The notes beneath the pieces were generated by a model. That model was not told where the DNA came from, did not search any database, and saw nothing but the letters and a program-made list of their open reading frames with translations. A DNA stretch of 64,000 nt, taken from assembly GCA_013239625.1 (NCBI GenBank), contig MU053873.1:446524-510523 (forward strand). Direction: 5' to 3'. Below are positions 29,001 to 40,798 of the stretch, in pieces. How positions within the stretch are numbered: the stretch's first letter is position 1; every line of letters starts with the position of its first letter. This DNA is from Lama guanicoe (Eukaryota). The translations under genes and the position numbers were made by a program.

Positions 29001-31680
29001 TATGCCTTACTATCTTATAGACAGTTGTCCTAACGATATAGCTCAAGTACCATGTTCCTAAGCAACAGCTTCAAAGCTTTACCACAGCTCAAGGAAAAAT
29101 ACATCTTATGTTGCAACTCAGTACACATATATATACATAGAAAAAAATTGAAATTTCCTAAATATTTTATTATTTTTGATTTGCTGATATTTTCTATTTA
29201 ATGCTTTTTAAAATCACCATTGATTTCATTACCCTATGATGCTGCCACCTGCCATTAAGAAAACATAGACTTAAAACTTTACACAGAATGCACCAAACTC
29301 CTTGACCCTACTTCTTAACACAACTGCTCCAACATAAAATGGGTGAACCTAGCAAGTCTATTCCAAGTGCAAACCTCGGCACAAATGTGAGACATCCCCA
29401 ATCCCTCTGAAGTTCTCAAAACACTATTTCTATGGGCAGACAGGATGCAAATACTTGCTAAAAAGTTTCCCCAGGCAGAGTAAAGAAGCAGAAATCTTCT
29501 GTTGCCTTATGAGTGATATTAGTAAATTCTTCACTTGACAGCACATACCAGATTTACCACTGCTCCACAAGCCAACTCTTCCAGGAAAATAGAATTCTAA
29601 TACAATAGGATTCTAATATCAGCCCTTTACATTTTTTAATTGCTTTCCATACATGCCATTCCATTTGATCCTCACTGACAGAGTGAGATAAATAGAGAAG
29701 CTGCTCTTCTTTTTACTAATGAGGGAATTAAAGCTCAGAAGGGTTATATGGTTTGCCAGAAACAAGCCAGCTAATGAGGAGCACAACATGGGCTTGAACC
29801 CAGGATTTATAGGTCATCTACTGACATGTTACAACAATTTTCACTTTGAACACCTGATATAAATATGAACTTGAAAGGAACTTAAAAGGTATGTTAAAGT
29901 TCTAGACGCAAAAATGAAGATAAAAAGCATGATACCAACAATGTTATCATAAAATTAAGATTAAAAATAGCAATGAGTGTTAACAATATTGTTATCTTCT
30001 AAAATTGTTGGGAATCCTACTTCAATCTGTTCTCGATTTGATCTCATATTCTAAGTCAAAGTTTCACTGATTATAAAATTACATATAAATTAACCGCAGA
30101 AAATTAAAGAATTAGGTGGTCTGAAAGAAACAACTGACCATATAAATTGCAGAAACTTCCCCCAAACCATTCTTAATCTTGTGGCTCCACACTAAATTAT
30201 GAAGTTCCCTATGTGAAATCTGTTTTGATTTCAACACTAAGTGAATTTCAACAGCATAAGCAAGTTGTTTCTGCGTAATACTTGCAACACGTACTCAATT
30301 TCCAGAGACTCCTAGACAATGTCTAAAATCCGTAAGCCAAAAAAGCAAAACCCAAGACAGAATATTCTTTGTTTTTTTTAATTGAAAGTTTCATCTATCT
30401 ATAAGATGAAATAACATAACATAATTACAAATTATTAAAGATTCGCAGAATCAGTCTGGAGAAACTACTTGAGATGAATGAGTACAAGGCCTTAATTGTA
30501 TAGATAAGAAAACTGAGGCCCAGAAGTGATATTCCCAAGCAGTCACACAGTCAAATTAATGACACAGACTTTCTACCAATCTACAGCTTCCCATTATTCT
30601 AAATTTTTCTTAATGTAATAAAATGTGCTCCTTAAAAAAAGTTACTAACACCTAAAAAAACAGACATTAAGACCCAAAAACCAGGGGACAGGAAAAGTGT
30701 ACAATGAAAATCTTTAAAAAACAGAACCTCTTGATGGGATCTCAAAGTTTCAAACCACAAGAACTAAAAAACTGACTAACCCAGTTCAACTTATCAAGTA
30801 GCTTTTAATAACTAATGTTATCAACCACCATAAACTGTTTTTTCCCATCTCAGTACTATTCATTTACTCAATATCTGAGGGCATAGTATACACTGGGAAC
30901 TATGCTAGACTGGAGACACAAAGATATCAAAGACATGGCCTCCGGCTCTCGTACTGGACAACTGAGTGTACTTCTCTAAAAGTACTACTCTATGATTCGA
31001 CAGGATATTTATCAAATTTCTTCACTACCCTACAAAACTAACATTTTCTTCCAAACTTAAAAAACCTCACCACACCCTCTCTGCAAAATGAATACTTCCT
31101 TTGGTAACTCAGCATTCCACTTTACCACAGAAGGTGTCAACCAAAACTACAACAGACTTAAAGACTGACTTTACCACTCCTCATGGCCTTAGGCATATTT
31201 CAAGCACTTTTCACAATCCACAGTAAACCTTCCTGGTTCACAACCCTTGTCTCAAATGACTGCTAACTCACCTGCCCTTCCCTCACTTTACTAGAAACCT
31301 GAATCAGATAGTCTAGAAGCAACCACGATGTTGGGAAGCACCTTCAGTGGATCCCTTTGTGGGCCAGAAAGACTTAATGCCTCTCCCTCTCTGCTTTCCT
31401 CTGGATTCCTCAAAATATCTCTGGATATTTTGGATATACCTTCAGTCAAGCACAATTTACTTTTATCAAGTGTGTTCCTGAAGGCTTGCAGAAATACTTT
31501 TTGCCAACAAATCTGTTTCCCCTATATAAATCCATTTCATTTTAAGAGATGATCAATTTTCAGTTTAAAGTCTCTCAGACTTCCCCCTCTTCCATACCTC
31601 TCAAATTCTATAGATAATTTAAAACACTCTCAGAAGTCATAATTAATGGGAATCTTTCGGAATACCAAACGTGACCTAAA

Positions 31681-31830
31681 GCAGTTCTCAAACCTGGCTG
31701 GCTAGAATCATTCAGAGAGCTTTGTAAGGATGGATTCCCAGGCCCCACCCTCAGATTTTAATTCACCAGGTTCTGCGTAAGGCCCAGGAATCAGCATTTC
31801 GGGCAGTCCATACTATTTCTGAGAACCAGT
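31681..31830. mobile_element. MER5A-like hAT-Charlie MITE
   Basis: GTTCTCAAAC.TGGCTG..AGAATCA...CCCAGGCCCCACCCTCAGA...GGCCCAGGAATC.GCATTT...TGAGAACCA. Confidence 0.7.
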
Positions 31831-32946
31831 ATTTAATTAGGTAACTACTCAACTAAAAAAACCTGGCCTACAAGCCGAGAAAACTTGCGCTCTCCTATGG
31901 CTTGCCATTAACTACCAGTGGGGCTGCGCCAGCCAGTGTCCTAGTCAGTTGAACACCTCTGGACCACCTGAAAATGAGGGAGGTAATTAGAGCTGAAAGA
32001 AGCCCTCACAGGGAGCCAATCTAAAATTTTAGAACCCTCCAAATTTAGTTTAATATCACATACTGTACTGGGTTTGCAGTACAGTACTGGTTTTACTTAG
32101 AGTTCACTCTCTAAGCTCTTCAACCCACCCAAGTCACAGGCCTTAGAAGGGAAGACTTTCTGAATGGCACCAATCTTACTTGGCCTCCGAGTGAAAACAA
32201 CATGCGTCTTGCCTCCTGCCCCACCGAAAAACAGCCTTGAATCTCAAAGGGGAAGGTCCCCAACAGCTCGCCAGGTACAAATCACAAACATCTTACATTT
32301 TCAAAAAAATCATCTCCTGAAATTCAACCTAGGCCTCGACGGAATCGCCGTCCACACATCGTGAGAAACTAAACTGAACCTCAACTAGAAGAGTATGCGC
32401 ATTTTTTTCCTCGCTGTGAGAAAATAATGTCAGATAAATATCAAGATACTAAAACCGTTCAGAATTTAGGCCTCAGTCTGGAGACGACACCAGAACATCA
32501 TTACCTAACAGCAACGCATGTGCAAACTCACAGGTGAGCTTTATCAGACTCCAGAGTTTATCAAAGTGGCCGTAAAATCTACCCATTACTTTGGGGTAAG
32601 TTTCCTAGCCCAAAATACACCCAATAATATTATCTTAGAGGTCCTAAGCAGCAGGATTCAATACGTTTAGTGGCACGATTTCTACCTAAAAAAAAAACTC
32701 TTATCTTTCGTGGAGCTGTTTGACCAGCGTTGCAGAGCTCTCTCAACAGCCTCGGAACCATCCTTCCCACCAAAGTACTACCAGGTCAGGAGGATGCCCC
32801 GCCGCACAGTCAGCCGGCCACTCCTCCTTCCCACAAGTCCCGGGCCCGCTCTGCTCGCCCCGCGGGCTCCGCTGGCTCCCGACCTCCGGCCTCTCGCCAT
32901 GGAGGACTCCCACAGACCCGGTCGCGGGAGAGGGGCGCGCACTCAC

Positions 32947-33050
32947 CTCCGGGGGTCTGCGGGCACTTCCCCGAACGCTGCCGGAGTTGCGCCTCACAAT
33001 CCTAGCCCCGTGGGCCTGCCCCACCAGGTCCGGGAAGGCCGCCCGGGCCG
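32947..33050 (-). other. Possible alternative first exon or alternative donor within the CpG island
   Basis: Consensus minus-strand donor GAG|GTGAGT at 32947/32946 with an ETS-like GGAAGTG nearby; 5' boundary unknown. Confidence 0.3.
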
Positions 33051-33305
33051 GACCCCGCCTCCTCCGCGCCGAGGGTCCGGGCCAAGCCGGGCCGCTGCGC
33101 TCCCACTCCCCGCGTCTCCCTCTGGCGGCAGTGGCCGCCGCCCGGGCCACCCCTCCCCAGGCCACGAACGCCGTCCCCAGCCCCCCGCGGGCCGCCGCCT
33201 CCTCAGAGGGTGACAGCCGCCGAGCCGGGGCTGAGGCCGGCCCCTCCTCCAGCTCCTCCTCACCCCCCGAGGAGACGGGGCGGGGGGGGCGGGGGGTTTC
33301 CTTAC

Positions 33306-33530
33306 CGGGCGGCAGGACATGGCTAGGCCTGTCACGGCACGGCCTCCTCCGCCACCCTACAAGGCTCCCAGCCAGGGCCGGCGGGGGCCAGCGCCTGGGC
33401 CGCTGGGGCGTCTTGACCGGCTGCTCCGCCGCTGCCGCCGCCTTCTCACAACCACAACAACATGGCGGCAGCGGCCACACAGAGCGCGCTCCCGACAACG
33501 AGCCTGGCCGCGAGCGAGGACGCTCGCTCA
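33306..33530 (-). other. First (5'UTR) exon of the minus-strand gene; TSS approximate
   Basis: Lies in the CpG island; strong donor CCG|GTAAGG; GC boxes immediately upstream; YY1-type GCCGCCATGTT within the exon. Confidence 0.7.
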
Positions 33531-34529
33531 CGCTCGGGCCCTCAGCCGGCGGTCGGGGAAAAGAAGGCGGGCGGTCGCGGGTTGGTCGGGGGCGGGGCCA
33601 GTGGTCACGCCCCTGGAGGTAGGTGGGCGGGGCTGCAGACCATCTGTACGCCGTTGGCGGGCGAGAGGCTGGCGGAGAAGCCCAGCTTAGAGAAGAAACA
33701 GGTGGGGAATGGGCGAAAAAGAAAACCGAAGGTGATCCCACAAACTTTGGGGAGGCATCCTTTCCTAGCTCTATAGCCCTGATCAAGACAACTCTACTTA
33801 ACCAGTAAAATAGAACAATGGTAGTATCTTTCACCTGTAGTTGTGGTAAGGCTAAAACTAATTAAAGGTAATGCAAGTAAGTATAGTGTGCTCAAGGTTC
33901 TACTCAGAATACAATTCAGATTGCTTCCACCAAAGCTCAGATGGAAGAAGTGAATTTTCAAACAAAAATACAAAAAAAAAAAAACTGTAACCCATCCACA
34001 ACAACCTTTTGAATTCTACATTTAAGTACTGAACTATCTAAGGCCCTTAATAGATTCATCTACTCTGAGTTGCGTTTTAACATTATACCTTTGACTTTTC
34101 TGGAAAATGGCTGAGAGAACCAGTCAAATTAAATCTATCCTTGCATTTGTTATATTGTTTTTCCACAACACACTGCAATCATTTGTTTTTCATTTCTATT
34201 GTCTCTCTATCCCATTCCAACATAAAAGCTACTTGAAGATAAGTTATCTTGTTTGTTTGGTTCATCACTTTTTCCCCAGCACCTAGAACTGCTCATGACA
34301 AGTAGCAAGCAAATTTCTTTATTAACAGCTAATGTTTATACAACTCACCTAATTGAATCTTCACAACTTTAATAGGTAGACACTGTTATTATCACAATTT
34401 TACAGATGAAGAAACTCTAGCCCAGAATAAGCTGCGCTAATTTTTTTTTTTTTACTCAAACCCAAACCCCCAACTGACAACAAAAACTATGCTCTCATCC
34501 ACCAGTCTGTACTGCCCACTTTGTGGCAT

Positions 34530-34997
34530 CGTCACCTGAGAAAAAAATTACACAACCTAAAAATTGAGAGTTATGTTTTATTTGGTGGACTTACTGAGGA
34601 CCTAAGCCCAAGAGTCAGCCTCTCAGCTCTGAGCAATTGTTGAGAAGAGGTAAGGGAGGAATCAGGATATATAAGAGTTTTTGCAACAAAAACTAGATAG
34701 TTGGAATATCAAAAGATTAATGTTAATTAAAGAAAAACAAACACCTCAAATTAATGAATTTAATACTGTTCTATGTGTGGGAAAATGCAAGAGTCTGGGC
34801 TCATTGAAACCAGTCCTTTGATATGCACCTTAACTATCTACTGCTGGCTGGCACCCTATTATCTCCACCCTGAATTCTGTAGCCTGCACCACAGAGAGGG
34901 CAGGGGGAAGGGAGTGGCTGCAGTGGCTGATAGCTTGATGGCTGCAACTTCCTTTGTTTACTGATATGGCAGGAGACATTCCTTGTCCTTCTCTCAC
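34530..34997 (-). mobile_element. ERV1 solo LTR, MER41-like (cetartiodactyl)
   Basis: ACAACCTAAAA.TTGAGAGTTATGTTTTATTTGGTGGAC..ACTGAGGAC..AAGCCC and ...GGGAAAATGCAAGAGTCTGGGCTCATTGAAA...TTTGTTTACTGATATGGCAGG; family name from recall. Confidence 0.7.
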
Positions 34998-36881
34998 AGA
35001 TACAGGTGTGCTTCCTTTCTGATAATTAGCATGGGGCACCTGATTGTGTATCTTTTCACCTTGGCTTCCAGAAAGCCCAGGGCTAAATGTGAAGCTCAAT
35101 GGTAGCCTACTGTTGGCCCTTTAAATCCCCATATTAATGGTAATTTTTACCTTCCTCCTTAACCCCACACCTTTTTATTTTGCTGTCCTGATTTTGCTTT
35201 ACTGTTATATGATTATAGTCTTTATGGAATGAGAAAGGAAATAATAAGTACAAAGAACAGATGAATGACAAACAAAAAACACCTCTTCTTCCTATTGTCG
35301 GATAAAATAAGGTTCCTGTAAGTTTCCATCCCCTAGGGACACAAGTTCTACTACTCGGGTCTCTACTCAAGCAAAGGCTGAAGGATCCGGTTCCATAGTT
35401 GGGTGGTCTCTGATTGGATGGAAGCTAGCACCTGACTCCAGGGCTGCCCACCCATAGGTTAGCTAGCTCCCAATTAGGTGGATCGGAGCAGAGATTCAGC
35501 CAATAGGCTGTTAGCACCCACTCAGCCTATCCCACAGCTCCCAGGAATCGGAAGGGAGAGGGGAGACTTTAGGCATATCACAGCTGACCTCTTTTTAGAC
35601 AATAGCTGTATTTGCCTTTTAACTTGGTATAAGGAATCCTCAACTAGTTTATAGGACGTGGGAGGAATTTCTCTGTGCCCATAAAATCACTATTTGCTTG
35701 TCCTCATTCTTATAGTAGCTAACAGGTTGAACCTTAAGATGTACTTACACTGTATGAGTGCTGTACCTGTACATCTAATGTAATCTTAACAACCCTATGA
35801 GCAAGTACTGTTACTCTCCCCCATTTTACAAGAGAAGGTGTAGAGATCAGGATTTGAACCCAGATTATTTGATTCGAGAGCATACTTTTAAACTCCGTAC
35901 TGCACCTCATTCCCAGTGCTGCCCACCTGCTTACTGGTAAGGCAGACCTTAGTAAATTGTCTCTAAATAAGAAAGAGAAAACTGCTGCATGGCCTTGAAA
36001 ACTCACTTCAGGGAGAAGGGCCTGAGAAAAAGCAATGGAAAGAAAGCTAGTCCGAGTCCAAAGTCTTAAATCTGAAGCTTGGTGCTTCTATATACTTGTT
36101 CCTTATTTCCCTTTTCTGTGCCTCAGTTTTCTCATCCGTTCTGTGGGGTCCTAATCACTACTGTACTCACCTCACATTGGTGTGTAAGGATTCTTTCAAG
36201 TAATGAGTTTGAAAACTTCGTAACTTATGAAAAGCCAAACCAATGGGTGGGATCCCTTGTGGGCTTTGGCTGAAGACAAAGTCCTAAACTTTGTGTAGTC
36301 AAGAAAAGAGAGAGAAAATCAATTCAGATTCAGTGAGGGCTTCTCACTGCCCTGTGTCTCATGCGAAGGGGCCCCTCTACCCGCCTGACATTCCTCACCT
36401 CCCCCTGCTACCCTTTTGGTCTCCTTCTCCCCCTGCTATCTTCAAAGCTGAAGACATTCTTCCTGCTGCTCAGGGACTCTTTGAAGTAGTCTAAGAACAG
36501 ATGGGAAGGTTGATTGATGAAGGCTTCCTGAGGTTGCACAGGGTCCCTGGAAAGCAGGAATCCCGCAAACCCCCTAAACGCAGCCTTCTCAACACTACGT
36601 CCTGCTGCTGAATGATAAAAGTCACTTCCCCCTCAGTGAGCACTTTGTGAGGATTATCCCCAAACTCTCATAACCCTTCAGCATCTCCTTGGCCTTCCAA
36701 CCAGGCTAGCAAACAAAGGTAACTGCGGCTCTCAGATTTTAAGGAACCACTTGCTCAGGATCAGATAGAAACTAGAACTGGACCCAAATGTATGTGATTC
36801 AACATCTCCAGGGATTTTCCATTCACCATACTACACACCTACTACTGGGGTGGGTCAGCTCAACTCCAATTCAGCATAGAT

Positions 36882-38491
36882 CAGTGGTCCTCAACGTGTG
36901 GTTTGTGGGTCCTCAGGAACCCTGAGACTGGTTCAGGGACCCAGATGGGTCAAAACTATTCTCATAATAGAACTAAGAAATTATTTACCTTTTTACCGTG
37001 TTGATATCTGCACTGACGGTATAAAAACAGTGGTGGTAAAATTGGCACAAATTAAAACAGTGGTACTATTTATACTGGTAGCCATCATATTTTTCACAAA
37101 TGTACTGTAGTAAACTGGTAAAAAAAAAAAACACTGGTAGTAAACAAAATGCCAATTTCACTTAAGAATGTCCTTAACAAAGCAATTTAAAAATTTTTAA
37201 TTTTATTAACTCTAGACCTTTGACTACACGTCTTTTTAATATTCTCTATAATAATAGGAATTTATGCATAAAGCACCCTTTTTCACTTTTTTATTGAGGT
37301 GAAACTCACATAACATAAAAACCATTTTAAAGTAGACAATTCAGTGGCATTTAGTACATTTACAATATTGTGCAGCCACCAACTGTATCCAGTTCTAAAA
37401 CACTTTTCATCACTATGAAAGAAAATTCCACACCCCTTAGGCAGTTACTTCCCATGCATAAAGCACTTTTGCTATGTGCAGAAGTAAGACAGTCATCTCA
37501 AGGAAAAGCACTATTGTTTGAGTTGCAAACTGAACTAGCCTCTTTTTTTAAGGGGAAAAAAAGGTTAAAAAAAACAAACTATTTTCACTTTATTTGAAAG
37601 GAATGGTCAACAGTGCAAACTATGATTATTCAGACTTGGGTATTTGGCAGACAGTTTCTCAAAAATGTATGAAATAAGCTTGTCACTTTAGGTAAAACAA
37701 CTGATGGTTTTGGTTGCCAATGATAAAATTTGAGCTTAATTAGAATTTTGGAAAACATGAATGTCCCACCATGAACTTGACAGCTTCCAAACCCTTAACA
37801 TCCTTTCTGCTTAGATGGGTAATAATATTAACAAAGTGAGTTTCAGATATTGTATAATAAACTGTGCCAACATTTAGAAGAGCCACATAACCCAGTGAAC
37901 CAATATTTTCCAAATGACCAATGCATAATGTTACCAGATCATGCATGAATAAAAGCTCTATTCAAAGTGCAAGATACACCAATGGAGTTCAGTGTAACTG
38001 GATACAAAAAATTCATTCAAATGAATTTATGCAACTAAACTTTAAGAAACTACCCCTTCTCCAGTTTTAGTGTAGTAGAAAAAAAGAATATCCACCACTA
38101 TCTGAATTGCATGAGGCTGGATTGTCTTCATGTATTCCAACTAATACAAACTGACACAGACTGAATGCAGAAGCAGATAAGAGAATGCAGAACTCTTCTA
38201 TTAAGTTAAACTTTAATAAGAGCTGCAAATGTGTAAAGCAATGCCATTCTTCTCACCAAAATTTTTGTTCTGGAAAACACAGTAATTTTTCATAAAAATA
38301 TGTTATTGATGTTAACGTGTCATGGGTTTACAGTGTTATTTTTAAATCACGTTATCTTTTACAAATTAATAAATAATATTTTGTCAGTTTGACTTCCTAG
38401 CAAAGTAAATATCAATTGACATCCTACATAAACAGAAGCCCTTCAGGGTCCTCAATAATTTTAAGGAAACCGACAAGTTTGAGGACCACTG
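36882..38491. mobile_element. Charlie1-like hAT DNA transposon (internally deleted, degenerate)
   Basis: Perfect 13-bp TIRs CAGTGGTCCTCAA / TTGAGGACCACTG; internal Charlie1-like sequence (GGGTCAAAACTATT.TCATAATA; CAGACTTGGGTATTTGGCAGACA; GACTGAATGCAGAAGCAGATA). Confidence 0.85.
37277..37453 (-). mobile_element. L1MB-type 3' end nested in Charlie1
   Basis: TTTTATTGAGGTGAAA.TCACATAACATAAAA...ACAATTCAGTGGCATTTAGTACATT; TSD ATGCATAAAGCAC at 37264-37276 and 37454-37466. Confidence 0.85.
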
Positions 38492-40798
38492 GTATGCCAT
38501 ATTCATTGGAGTTTCTCAACCACAAAGGCATTTTTCGTCAGTTCATAGATTTTCTTAATTTAAATAGGTATGTTTAATACACATTTCGAAAAATATAACA
38601 GATAAAACTCAGTATCATAGATATCTTTGCTTAGGATGAGGCTAAATTTATTTATATAAAATGAGGAATCAATTTAAAGAAAAATGTGATGTGAATATTA
38701 ACACAAAACTGATTATGTCAAAATGCCTAAGGCTAATACTCAAATGACTGGACTCTGGGAAACAGTGTTGAGAATTTTTAATCAAGCAGACCTGCCACCA
38801 TACCTTATATGGACTTCATATGGAAAAGAAATTATTGTGGGGGTTAAATAAGTTAAAACAGGCACAGATGTGCCTCCCATCCTCCTCCCAGGAAGAGGCG
38901 CACAGCAGTCCCGTGTCAGGGAAGGCCAGCTGCAATAGGAGGAAGAAGGCCTGGATTCCTGACCCAGCTGAGCCACTGACTCACTGCTTGACCTGACCCC
39001 ACCCTCTGGGCCTCAGTTTTCTCATCCTGAAAATGACAGGGTAGGATGTCCTTTTCTCTCTGGAGCCTCCCAGTCCTACCAACCATCCCCTGATGAAAGG
39101 ATCCAGCTTCACCTTGTTTGATTACTGCCTCAGAGATTCACAGAACTGCAGCTGGTAAGGACTCAAGAGCTCCAAAGATGTCTCCCTGGCAAGCCCCTCA
39201 TCAATTTCATAAATGAGGAAACTGAGGCCTAGAGAGGTTAAGTAAGAAATTGGATGAAGGGGGCAGGTGTCAACAGGTCCTGCCCAGGGTCCAGTGGGGA
39301 AATGAGAGTTCTTCCTCTACACTTTGATAAATGATTTAGAGGTTTGGTGGTTTAGACACTCCTCATGCTTTAACAAATACCCCACAATTCTGCTGGGGAT
39401 ATGAATCCCACTTCAGCTTCAGAAAATCAATGCCATCAGTTGGGAACACTGTGTTAGTCAGATTGATGGATCGCTTTGTGTTATTAACTAAATCCACCTT
39501 TAAAGGGTCAGTCCACACCCTCTAAATTCTCCCAGGGAAGGCAGAGGAGATGAAATTGTTAAGAAGAGGATAGAAAATGATGGAGGGAGGGAACCATGGG
39601 AGAGGAGAGGTACTGTCCCTCTTTCTCCTCTCCATCTCCCTTCCTCCTCTCTCTACCCTCTCTCATGTAAGACGACACACCCCTCTCAGTGCCCAGCTTG
39701 CTCTACCCAAAGCTTCCCTGCAGCCTGGGCCAACTCACAGCCACAAATAGAACCAGAATCCACTGAAAATAGCTCCTCTTCCCTTCTGCCCAGAGTTTCC
39801 AAGCACTGGCAAGGATGCCCTGCCCCCACTCACCAGGCCCCAGGCGGGGAACACAGCTAGAGAGATACCAAGGCCACAGTTAGGGACAATCTCAGGAACA
39901 ACAGCCCCAATAATAGGTGACTCTTACTAAGTGCTGGCTCCATGCCAGTACTGCTGGGAGCTTTCGTTCCCAGCAACCCAAGGAGGAAGGTCCAAGCGAG
40001 CAAGCCCATCATGCAGGTGAAGGTCTGGGAGTCGCACAGCCAGCGGGACAGGGAGCTGAAGTCCACGTGGTTAACCACTGCCCTCCCTACACTCCTCTCT
40101 CCAAGCAACACTGCTGCACCTACTACTAACTTGAGATCCCTAAGCCTCTTGGGAGCTCAAGCCATCCAGACCCTCCCTTGACAGCTGGGGAAACTGAGAC
40201 CCAGAGAGAGGAAAGTCTTGCCTAAAGGCATTCGGTAAACAAGTAAATCAAACACCCAGGTCTCTCAGCTCAGAGGCCAATGGTTTTTGCAAAAGTTGAA
40301 GCAAACAGAGACTTCCTTGTTCCTTTTATGTGAAAGCTCCATCGGCCTTTCCTTTTTTTCTTTTTTCAACCTCCTCCCATCTCCCACCAAACCAGAGAGC
40401 CCGCTCCAGACACCCATCTGGCAGCCAGGCATCTTGAGATTACCTCTTCTTCCCTCTCTGCTAAGGGTGTTTAATGTTCCAGGGGAAGAGAGCAAACAGC
40501 AGGGCATAAATCATGGGTGACACAGGCTGGTTTTCTCCTTTGCTGAGTATGAAGCAAACGGGACCCAGCAAGGGAAGAGAATTAGCAGGGATTTGCTGGC
40601 TCATTTAAACCCACGGTCCAAAGGCACACATTTCTCCTACCCCTGAGAGTTAGATAAATTTTCCTCTACCCCAAGATCCCATTTGTTATGAAATAATTCT
40701 CTGAAACAGTCTTAATTTCTAAGGTGATGACAAGAAAGGCTAGAATAAGGCCGTAGAAGCTCTGCTGGAAAGATATTAAGTTATTGAAGAAGTGGTCG

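Larger units (their letters stand above)
1..33530 (-). other. TMCC1: 5' portion (exon 1, intron 1, exon 2, part of intron 2) of a large minus-strand gene; coding exons lie beyond the left edge; tentatively TMCC1
   Basis: Seen: CpG island with a minus-strand donor CCG|GTAAG at 33306/33305, a clean internal exon at 11910-11656, A>T skew on + strand, and intronic L1s mostly antisense to the gene. The identity is NOT recognised from coding sequence. It rests on my recollection that TMCC1 has a CpG-island non-coding exon 1 and an ~250-nt non-coding exon 2 within AT-rich introns. BLASTN of 11656-11910 would settle it. Confidence 0.4.
32790..33680. promoter_or_regulatory. CpG-island promoter of the minus-strand gene
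   Basis: Very high GC and CpG density against AT-rich flanks; SP/KLF GC boxes (GGGGCGGGGCC ~33588-33598, GGGCGGGGC ~33625-33633); YY1 motif AACATGGCGGC 33459-33469. Confidence 0.9.

Noticed and set aside
33462-33776. 104-aa + ORF MAAAATQSALP with a strong Kozak context
   Set aside because: The ATG context is explained by the YY1 motif; promoter and splice signals indicate minus-strand transcription; no recognisable homology.
32710-33834. Long overlapping ORFs (300 aa +, 363 aa -, 167 aa +, and others)
   Set aside because: Low-complexity Pro/Arg/Gly/Ala products on both strands, typical of stop-poor CpG islands; several lack ATG starts; they run across a strong splice donor.
34530-34997. MER41-like LTR as an interferon/STAT1 enhancer next to the promoter
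   Set aside because: I found no TTCnnnGAA motif in this copy, so there is no sequence support beyond family reputation.
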